This document shows positions 57,466-64,000 of a DNA stretch of 64,000 nt, piece by piece. The number at the start of each line of letters is the position of its first letter. The stretch's first letter is position 1. A program made the position numbers and the translations under genes. The notes beneath the pieces are model-generated. The model worked only from the letters and a program-made list of their open reading frames with translations, made no database searches and had not been told where the DNA came from. This stretch comes from an uncultured Chitinophagaceae bacterium. Lineage in GTDB: Bacteria; Bacteroidota; Ignavibacteria; UBA10030; UBA8401. The stretch spans positions 49 through 64,048 of the forward strand of contig CAYPEM010000025.1 of assembly GCA_964409765.1 (NCBI GenBank), read 5' to 3'.

Positions 57466-57936
57466 ATGAAAATCAGTGATATATTAGATGAATCAGTAGT
57501 ACGAGTAAAGCTCAAAGGCAAATCAAAAGACGAGATCATCAATGAAATGATCGCTATCGTCAATCATTCTGCAAAGATCACCGATATTGAGAAAGTACGT
57601 GAAGCGATCTTTGAACGTGAAAAGATCATGTCGACCGGTGTAGGGAATGGATTTGCCATTCCTCATGGAAAAAGCGATGCGGTGCTCGACATCGTTGCAG
57701 CATTTGCCATCACCGAAGAAGCGATCGATTACGAGTCGCTTGATGAACAACCCGTCCATTTGATCTTCCTTCTTGTTGGAAAAGACAGTATGGTGGGACC
57801 GCATATCAAACTGCTCAGCAGGATCTCCCGTTTGATGAACAAGGAAGATTTCCGGAAAAAACTGCTGGATGCTAAAACTCCGAAGGAAGTAATCGAAATA
57901 TTCAAGAGTGAAGAAGCACAATATTTCGAAAACTAA
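57466..57936 (+). CDS. ptsN: PTS EIIA(Ntr)-type regulatory protein
   Basis: MKISDILDESVV... and STGVGNGFAIPHGK (phosphorylatable His). I preferred the ATG at 57466 over the tracked TTG at 57427. Confidence 0.8.
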   Translation: MKISDILDESVVRVKLKGKSKDEIINEMIAIVNHSAKITDIEKVREAIFEREKIMSTGVGNGFAIPHGKSDAVLDIVAAFAITEEAIDYESLDEQPVHLIFLLVGKDSMVGPHIKLLSRISRLMNKEDFRKKLLDAKTPKEVIEIFKSEEAQYFEN

Positions 57937-58019
57937 ACTCCAACAGGATCGCGTGTTTTTCGTATCTCATACTCACGAGAAATTCTCTTCCCAATTTTTA
58001 TAACTATGTCTGAAAAATC

Positions 58020-59270
58020 GTGAACTATCGTTCTATCAAAGGCACCAAAGATATTCTCCCTTCCGAATCATCGCAATGGCAGTTCGTTGAACAGACCATG
58101 CGCGATGTTTTCCATCGTTTCAACTACAAAGAGATCCGCACACCGATCTTTGAGAACACCGGATTATTCGCCCGGAGCATCGGTGAATTGACCGATATCG
58201 TCGGAAAAGAGATGTATACATTCGAAGACAGAAGTAAAGATAGTATCACTCTTCGTCCGGAAGGAACTGCATCGGTCATTCGTTCGTATATCCAAAATAA
58301 TCTTGGCGAAGCACTCCCTCTCACAAAAGTATTCTACATTGGTCCGATGTTCCGTCAAGAACGACCTCAGGCCGGTCGATTACGACAGTTCCATCAATTC
58401 GGTGCGGAAGCGATCGGTTCGCCGACCGCAGAGACCGATGTTGAGATCATTGCAATGGCACTTGAAATTTACAAAGCGTTCGGTATTACCAATTACTCTT
58501 TGCAGATCAATTCCGTCGGTGATGAAGAATGTCGTCCGAAGTATAAAGAAATCCTCAGCTCTGAATTACGAAAGATCTCCGATAAGCTTTCATTTGAAAG
58601 TCAGAAAAGGATCGATCAGAATCCCATGCGAGTGCTCGATTCCAAAGATGAAAACGATAAATTATTGACAGCCTCAATGCCGCTGATTACCGATTATCTG
58701 AATGAAGAGTGTTCTAAACATTTTGAGCGTGTTAAGACATTGTTGACTGCCTATGGAATTCCATTTACCGTCAATGGACGATTGGTACGCGGATTGGATT
58801 ACTACACCAAAACTGCATTTGAAATCACCAGCACCGAACTTGGTTCTCAGGATGCACTTGCCGGAGGTGGGAGATACGATCTTCTTGTCAAGGAACTCGG
58901 CGGCAAACAGACTCCGGGTGTTGGATTTGCTGCCGGTATTGAACGGTTGATGATGATCCTTGAAAAAAAAGGGATCCAATCTTCGCAGCAACATCCAAAA
59001 GTGTTTATTGCAGCGGCGGACGATTCGGCTCGGGATTGGGCATTGACAACAACGATGCAGCTTCGATCGGCGGGTATATCGGCTGAAACGGATCTGCTGT
59101 CAAGAAGTTTGAAATCTCAAATGAAGGAAGCTGACAGGCAAAAAGCTGAATTTGCCCTTGTTATCGGGTCAATGGAACTTGAAAGCGGTAAAGGGTTGTT
59201 GAAGAACTTAGTGGATCACACTCAGCAGGAGATCGTGCTGAAGGATATCCAAACTTTCTTCAAACAATAG
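58020..59270 (+). CDS. hisS: Histidine--tRNA ligase
   Basis: 416 aa with a GTG start. Contains KGTKDILP, LRPEGTA, MFRQERPQAGRLRQFHQ and GGGRYD. Confidence 0.9.
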   Translation: MNYRSIKGTKDILPSESSQWQFVEQTMRDVFHRFNYKEIRTPIFENTGLFARSIGELTDIVGKEMYTFEDRSKDSITLRPEGTASVIRSYIQNNLGEALPLTKVFYIGPMFRQERPQAGRLRQFHQFGAEAIGSPTAETDVEIIAMALEIYKAFGITNYSLQINSVGDEECRPKYKEILSSELRKISDKLSFESQKRIDQNPMRVLDSKDENDKLLTASMPLITDYLNEECSKHFERVKTLLTAYGIPFTVNGRLVRGLDYYTKTAFEITSTELGSQDALAGGGRYDLLVKELGGKQTPGVGFAAGIERLMMILEKKGIQSSQQHPKVFIAAADDSARDWALTTTMQLRSAGISAETDLLSRSLKSQMKEADRQKAEFALVIGSMELESGKGLLKNLVDHTQQEIVLKDIQTFFKQ

Positions 59271-59310
59271 AGCGGAGCAACGGTATAGACTCCGTGCCGC
59301 AGAGGAGATT

Positions 59311-59805
59311 ATGCCGATTAAAAAACAATCGATCGAATATCGATTATTAGTTCAGCCGACGTTTGATGCAAGCGTTAACAAAGAAGGAATTCTTTTTTTA
59401 CTCGAAACATCAAAACAATTCACCAATTTCAGCTATGTCATTGATGTAAAAGAAACCGTTGCAGGTACAACGATCGTATGGAAATTGCACGGTCTGCGTG
59501 CACCGTCAATGAACATGCCTTCTACCGGAACGGCACAATACAGCAAAGTCTATTTCGATCTGGGTAAAGAGATGGAATTTACTCTGGTCAAGAATGAAAA
59601 AGTTACTGCTTCAACAACATTGAATTTTTCACGATCATCGGTCAAGACATCGAATTCTATAGTGCGCTTTTTGAAGATCTATACCGATGAACGTGAGTTT
59701 GTTAATAACAGGGTGACCGATGCAGAAATTCCGGAACCAAAACAGGATATTCATCGGGAACATTCCGAAACAAAAAAACTAATCAAGAAAAAGAAAACGA
59801 CTTAA
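59311..59805 (+). CDS. Hypothetical protein
   Basis: 164 aa with an AGGAG Shine-Dalgarno site and a Lys-rich tail. I recognise no motif. Its stop overlaps the lgt start (TAATG). Confidence 0.5.
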   Translation: MPIKKQSIEYRLLVQPTFDASVNKEGILFLLETSKQFTNFSYVIDVKETVAGTTIVWKLHGLRAPSMNMPSTGTAQYSKVYFDLGKEMEFTLVKNEKVTASTTLNFSRSSVKTSNSIVRFLKIYTDEREFVNNRVTDAEIPEPKQDIHREHSETKKLIKKKKTT

Positions 59806-60626
59806 TGCATCCAATTATCTTCTCCTTCGGCGGCATCACCATCTACAGTTTCGGGTTAATGATGGGGATCTCATTTCTTATCGGAAATTTTCTCCTCACT
59901 AAAGAATTCAAACGGAAGAAACTCCATCCCGATCTTGCTTCTAACATCACGTTGATCGCGTTGATCGCAGGAGTTTCAGGCTCGAAATTCTTGTACCTGC
60001 TGGAGAACTGGAGCGATTTCGTGCGCGATCCGATCGGAATGACCTTCTCTCCAGGCGGATTGACCTTCTACGGAGGATTTATTCTTGCATTGCTCTCGAT
60101 CTACTTCTATGCAAAGAACAAAAAAATTCCATTCATGGTGATCGCTGATGCAGCAGCACCAGCATTGCTTCTTGCTTACGGTATTGCACGTATTGGATGT
60201 CATCTTGCCGGCGACGGAGATTACGGATTTCCATCGACACTTCCATGGGCAACCGATTATTCCAACGGAACGTACCCACCATCAGCAGCATTCAGAAATT
60301 TTCCGGAAGTGACATCTCTGTTCCCGAATGGAATTGTTCCCGATCATACACTCTGTCATCCCACACCGATCTATGAAACGATCGTTTGTTCATTCTTCTT
60401 TTTCATTCTCTGGAAAAATCGTGAGAAGTGGAGCATTCAGGGACAAGTATTCTATGCATATCTTGTGCTTGCAGGAATTGAACGATTGGCCGTAGAATTT
60501 TTCAGACTCAATCCGCGGCTTCTCTTCGGATTAAGCGAGGCACAGATCATCGCAATCATTCTGATCGCCGCAGGAGCGATCGGGTGGAATTCGTTACGCC
60601 GCGAAGAAAAGCTCGCAAAATCTTAG
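59805..60626 (+). CDS. lgt: Prolipoprotein diacylglyceryl transferase
   Basis: 273 aa and multi-TM. Contains FGGITIYSFGLMMGISFLIG and ARIGCHLAGDGDYG. Confidence 0.85.
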   Translation: MHPIIFSFGGITIYSFGLMMGISFLIGNFLLTKEFKRKKLHPDLASNITLIALIAGVSGSKFLYLLENWSDFVRDPIGMTFSPGGLTFYGGFILALLSIYFYAKNKKIPFMVIADAAAPALLLAYGIARIGCHLAGDGDYGFPSTLPWATDYSNGTYPPSAAFRNFPEVTSLFPNGIVPDHTLCHPTPIYETIVCSFFFFILWKNREKWSIQGQVFYAYLVLAGIERLAVEFFRLNPRLLFGLSEAQIIAIILIAAGAIGWNSLRREEKLAKS

Positions 60627-60635
60627 ACTGAACTT

Positions 60636-61370
60636 ATGAATCTTATCCTCGGCAGAAAACCAGTCCTTGATGCGTTGAAATCGAATACACCAATTGACCG
60701 ATTGATGATCGCGCAGAATTCTCATGGCGAGGTTGTTGATGAGATCATTAAACTTGCGCGACAGAAGAATATTCCGTACAGGATGTCTCCCTCCGATCAA
60801 ATTTCGAAAACAGCACAGGGACAGAACAGTCAGGGAGTCATTGCGTTCATCGGGACAAAAGAATTTTCCGACATCAGCGTACTGTTCGACGTCGCAAAAT
60901 CTAAGAACGAACAACCGTTCTTCTTGATCTTTGATGAGATCGAGGATGTCCATAACTTAGGGGCACTCATCAGAACGGCAGTTTGTGCCGGAGCTCATGG
61001 CGGGATCATTCCTAAACATCACAACGCACCGGTGAATGATACCGTCGTTAAAACCTCTGCCGGTGCAAGCCTTCAATTTCCCATGGCGCGCGTGACGAAC
61101 ATTGCTCAGACGATCGACGAACTGAAAGAAAATGGCATTTGGATCGTCGGAACGGAAATGACAGCACCAAAGAACTTCACAGAAGTGGATTACTCACTTC
61201 CAGTTGCATTGGTGATAGGAAATGAAGGAAAAGGAATGCGGCGGTTGGTAAAAGATAAATGTGATTTCCTTGTAAAGATCCCGATGAAAGGTGAATTTGA
61301 ATCGCTCAATGCTTCTGTTGCCGGCGCCATTGTCATGTACGAGGTCTTGCGAAAACGACAATTATTTTGA
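60636..61370 (+). CDS. rlmB: 23S rRNA (guanosine-2'-O)-methyltransferase, TrmH/SpoU family
   Basis: 244 aa. Contains GRKPVLDAL, VHNLGALIRTA, LVIGNEGKGMRRLV and ESLNASVAGAIVMYE. Confidence 0.85.
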   Translation: MNLILGRKPVLDALKSNTPIDRLMIAQNSHGEVVDEIIKLARQKNIPYRMSPSDQISKTAQGQNSQGVIAFIGTKEFSDISVLFDVAKSKNEQPFFLIFDEIEDVHNLGALIRTAVCAGAHGGIIPKHHNAPVNDTVVKTSAGASLQFPMARVTNIAQTIDELKENGIWIVGTEMTAPKNFTEVDYSLPVALVIGNEGKGMRRLVKDKCDFLVKIPMKGEFESLNASVAGAIVMYEVLRKRQLF

Positions 61371-61505
61371 ATATTTCAGTCACTGAAAATTCTTCTACCA
61401 TTCATTACGGAACAATCTTCGACTTTATTGTTAGAACTCGTTTCAGTATAACAATCACATCACAACGGTAATTTCTTACGCCGATATTCTGATCAGGAGG
61501 CACTT

Positions 61506-63320
61506 ATGAAAAAACATCTGTTGTTTTTGCTCTTCTCCATTTCACTCATTGGTTTTTGGCTTTCTTCATGCGATAAAACACCGACATCTGATACTGTTGA
61601 TCCTAAAACTGCCGCAGAAAAGTCTGCACAGGCATATACGGAAATGGAGAATCTCTTATCCACGTCAAATAATTTTGAAAGTATGAATTTTTCAAATGTT
61701 GAAAAACTCTATAGTGAAGCGGTCACTGCGGATCCGACAAACGCCGCAGCGAATTTTGGCGCTGCCTTTTCTCATATGCTTGGAACATTTGGCGATACAG
61801 CCATCAGAAATACCCTGCAGCGATGGGATGGAGTTGGCATCAATGTCCCATCTTCGATGGTAAGATTTGGAATTCCAACGGGATCGAGCGACATGACTCT
61901 ACCCACAGAACTGTTAGGAAAAAACCTTGTCAAGATCATGCAGGTTGCAACCAGCGATCCCCCGACGATCACGGAGATGCAGAACCTTCTTCGCGATCGA
62001 CTGCTCCCCCGCATCAACTATGCGATCGCTCGATTAGCGGTTGTTGAGACACATGCCGATTTTGAATTGCGCATCAGCGGAAAGATGCAGGGCAATGCTG
62101 GAAAAAAAGATCTCTATCTTGATCTTACCGAAGTCTATATTATGGATGCAATGCTTCAAGGAATGAAAGCGTCTGTGGAACAATTTCTTGTTTTCAAATT
62201 CCAACTTTCCAGTTACACAACTAAAGCAGCGGTGACGGCATTGAAGCAAAACAATCCTGATTTTTTTGTTCTCGCTTCTGATGGAATGACGCGAGCTCAG
62301 AATGTGAAAGGATCCCTTGTCGCTGCCGTCGGTAAGATCCGAAGCGGAGTGACATTCTTAAAGAATGAAACCGATAATCAGAATGACGACATCATCAAAA
62401 GAGGAAGCGGAGGTCTTGATGCCGGTGACATCGATTCCACTCTTGTGTATTTGAACAAGATCGAAACTGCTCTTACCGGAACATTCACCGTCGAACTTAA
62501 AAATGCTGATTCTGATCATAATAATCATACCATTCAGATCAGTCTGAATAGCTTTTACAACAATCTACCTCAGAATCCTAAACAGGAATGGTTCCCGACA
62601 TATTCAGTCGATTCAACATCACGCGGTAAATTGACCATTCGATGGATAGGGCAGGATTATGCAACGTTCAATTTCCCCGATCCGACATTCAGCGGATTGT
62701 TCCCTGGTATGACGAATGATAAATTAAAACGCCTCTTGTATATCGATGAAGCATTTGCTTGGAGATTATCAGTTCAATTATACAATGGAAGCGGCAATTT
62801 GGACAATTCAGCCATCAATATCGTTGTCAATGGAAAGACCTATTTTCCAAAACCGGATAATTATTACTGGCCCGGCTCTAATTATCGGTATTTTGATTTT
62901 TATATCATGGATAATAACAGTATGGCTGTTCAACAAGTGAATACTACTGTCAATGGGCAGCCATTGAGTCTGCAATTTTACAAAAAAACACCTCTGGTCA
63001 GAGCTAAGTTTTACGATTATATAAACGCCGATATTACCCCTGCATCACAAAATGTTTCAGCACAGTATTCTTCAAACTCAATATCGTTGAATTTGCAAAG
63101 CTGGGCTTATTATAAAATAGAAAGAGCCATTGGTACCGGTTCTTTTGTCAACAAAGATTCAATTGAAACAAGTTATTATTCTGACTACAATGTTTTGAGT
63201 AAAACGACCTATCGATACCGTGCGCAGCGCATTATCAATAATTACTATGAATGGTCCAACTACTTTTATGCATACCGTCCTAGTAATTATACCAATATCG
63301 TTTCCATAACGACTCCATAA
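61506..63320 (+). CDS. Hypothetical lipoprotein
   Basis: 604 aa with an AGGAGG Shine-Dalgarno site. The signal peptide carries the lipobox WLSSCDK. The N-terminal half looks helical and the C-terminal region looks like a beta-sandwich. I recognise no family. Confidence 0.6.
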   Translation: MKKHLLFLLFSISLIGFWLSSCDKTPTSDTVDPKTAAEKSAQAYTEMENLLSTSNNFESMNFSNVEKLYSEAVTADPTNAAANFGAAFSHMLGTFGDTAIRNTLQRWDGVGINVPSSMVRFGIPTGSSDMTLPTELLGKNLVKIMQVATSDPPTITEMQNLLRDRLLPRINYAIARLAVVETHADFELRISGKMQGNAGKKDLYLDLTEVYIMDAMLQGMKASVEQFLVFKFQLSSYTTKAAVTALKQNNPDFFVLASDGMTRAQNVKGSLVAAVGKIRSGVTFLKNETDNQNDDIIKRGSGGLDAGDIDSTLVYLNKIETALTGTFTVELKNADSDHNNHTIQISLNSFYNNLPQNPKQEWFPTYSVDSTSRGKLTIRWIGQDYATFNFPDPTFSGLFPGMTNDKLKRLLYIDEAFAWRLSVQLYNGSGNLDNSAINIVVNGKTYFPKPDNYYWPGSNYRYFDFYIMDNNSMAVQQVNTTVNGQPLSLQFYKKTPLVRAKFYDYINADITPASQNVSAQYSSNSISLNLQSWAYYKIERAIGTGSFVNKDSIETSYYSDYNVLSKTTYRYRAQRIINNYYEWSNYFYAYRPSNYTNIVSITTP

Positions 63321-64000
63321 TGTTGATCAAAAGAAACTACAGACGCGGGATTTTCCAGTATTGGAATTTCCCGCGTTTTTATTTTCTGATCTTCGTTATT
63401 ATTTCACCCTCTTATTCTCAGTCAGATTCGAATTACGTCTATCGATTACATGTCGGTTCGGAATATTTCGACCTTTTTCGGCAGCGTTCCGAACATACAC
63501 GAACGACAGTTTTTTCAAAACATGTGTTCGCGGCATTTTCTGCTGCTTCAGGATCGGATTCAATATCCCTCTCTTACCATGCTATGCAGCAGTATGCTTC
63601 CGCAAATCAGCATGCTTCACAATTCAGTTCAACATTCCATACAACACAACAGAATCTAGATTTGCTCTATGCTAATTCGTGGTCATTATTCAATTATAAA
63701 TTCTCGATCGGAACTTCACTTAATAATCCATCCCCCCTATTGAACTATTCGATTTCAATCAATGCTGATCCATTCGATCGAATATTGACCGGCGGGATAA
63801 CCATAGAGCGGTCACCAATTCAGTTCAACTCGGAGTTTCTTTTTCAGGATTTTTATGTTCCGGTCCGGGAGGATCCTTTTTCATCCAATATTTTCTATAC
63901 GATCCATTCTGAACCGTTCGAAGACTTTTCAACGACAATATCATATTTCGATAATGATGGAAAGAATGACAGTCGAACAAATATGTACGAAGTACGTTCA
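63320..64000 (+). CDS. Hypothetical secreted or outer-membrane protein, N-terminal part (runs off the window)
   Basis: Absent from the ORF track because it is open-ended. Hand translation from ATG 63320 (TAATG overlap with the upstream stop) gives 227 codons without a stop: MLIKRNYRRGIFQYWNFPRFYFLIFVIISPSYSQSDSNYVYRLHVGSEYF... The composition is rich in Ser, aromatic residues and Asn, which is barrel-like. Confidence 0.55.
   Translation, partial: MLIKRNYRRGIFQYWNFPRFYFLIFVIISPSYSQSDSNYVYRLHVGSEYFDLFRQRSEHTRTTVFSKHVFAAFSAASGSDSISLSYHAMQQYASANQHASQFSSTFHTTQQNLDLLYANSWSLFNYKFSIGTSLNNPSPLLNYSISINADPFDRILTGGITIERSPIQFNSEFLFQDFYVPVREDPFSSNIFYTIHSEPFEDFSTTISYFDNDGKNDSRTNMYEVRS
63344..63385 (+). terminator. 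Terminator-like hairpin plus T-tract lying inside the first 22 codons of the 63320 ORF
   Basis: CGCGGGAttttCC-agtatt-GGaatTTCCCGCG (11 of 13 positions paired) followed by TTTTTATTTT. Confidence 0.45.

Noticed and set aside
61374-61392. Palindrome TTTCAGT-c-ACTGAAA immediately after rlmB, considered as a terminator.
   Set aside because: The stem is only 6 bp with a 3-nt loop, it is AT-rich, and it lacks a proper T-tract. That is too weak to call.
63361-63675. Tracked ORFs 63361-63675 (+) and 63450-63659 (+).
   Set aside because: They are out of frame with the much longer open-ended frame that starts at 63320. That frame has 227 codons without a stop in AT-rich DNA and a signal peptide.
1-64000. 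Search by eye for CRISPR arrays, tRNA/rRNA genes, IS elements, integrases, reverse transcriptases and long direct repeats.
   Set aside because: None was seen. Intergenic regions are short (at most about 330 bp) and lack spaced repeats or cloverleaf-like GC-rich segments. No ORF shows transposase, integrase or RT motifs. tRNAscan-SE, Infernal and a self-dot-plot would be needed to exclude them formally.

Overview
Gene-dense chromosomal segment with about 60 protein genes. By eye I found no rRNA, tRNA, CRISPR array, transposase or integrase. T9SS C-terminal sorting domains, a short Bacteroidota/Chlorobi-type primary sigma factor, a parA-parB...DUF5683-like arrangement and frequent Shine-Dalgarno sites suggest an FCB-group bacterium, possibly Ignavibacteriota-like. 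That placement is inference and is not verified. Layout: (i) 1-17.2 kb is one long minus-strand polyuronate (most likely alginate) utilisation operon. It contains a PL6 lyase, an SGNH esterase, KduD, an MFS uronate-type transporter, a KdgF cupin, a PL17 oligo-alginate lyase, a second SDR and an alpha/beta esterase. It is headed by a SusD-less uptake cassette (TonB-dependent receptor, T9SS-CTD protein, two PorV-like barrels) and a GntR/FadR regulator. (ii) 17.5-21.1 kb is a tight operon of an ECF-S-like membrane protein, a Tat-exported DUF362-like protein and a membrane polyferredoxin. (iii) 21.4-26.6 kb encodes secreted hydrolases. (iv) 26.7-37.1 kb is a cell-envelope and signalling cluster: LPP20-like lipoproteins, PrsW protease, a DUF2135-like protein, an MltC-like transglycosylase, an SH3-M48 protease, a CHASE2 adenylate cyclase and a tandem-PDZ protein. 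(v) 37.1-38.4 kb is a small AT-rich islet with a degenerate HNH-like gene. (vi) 38.4-64 kb is mostly housekeeping: MacAB-type efflux parts, a DAG-kinase-like kinase, maeB, ridA, parAB, crcB, fmt, def, an NlpC/P60 peptidase, rpoD, a VapBC-like pair, deoB, a degenerate GGDEF protein, an NDP-sugar enzyme with a pseudo-PMM domain, ptsN, hisS, lgt, rlmB, and a lipoprotein plus putative barrel. The most novel-looking candidates are the TBDR/T9SS-cargo/PorV-like cassette, which may replace SusCD, and the S-component/Tat-DUF362/polyferredoxin operon. All functional calls come from motif recognition on the supplied translations; no database search was possible.
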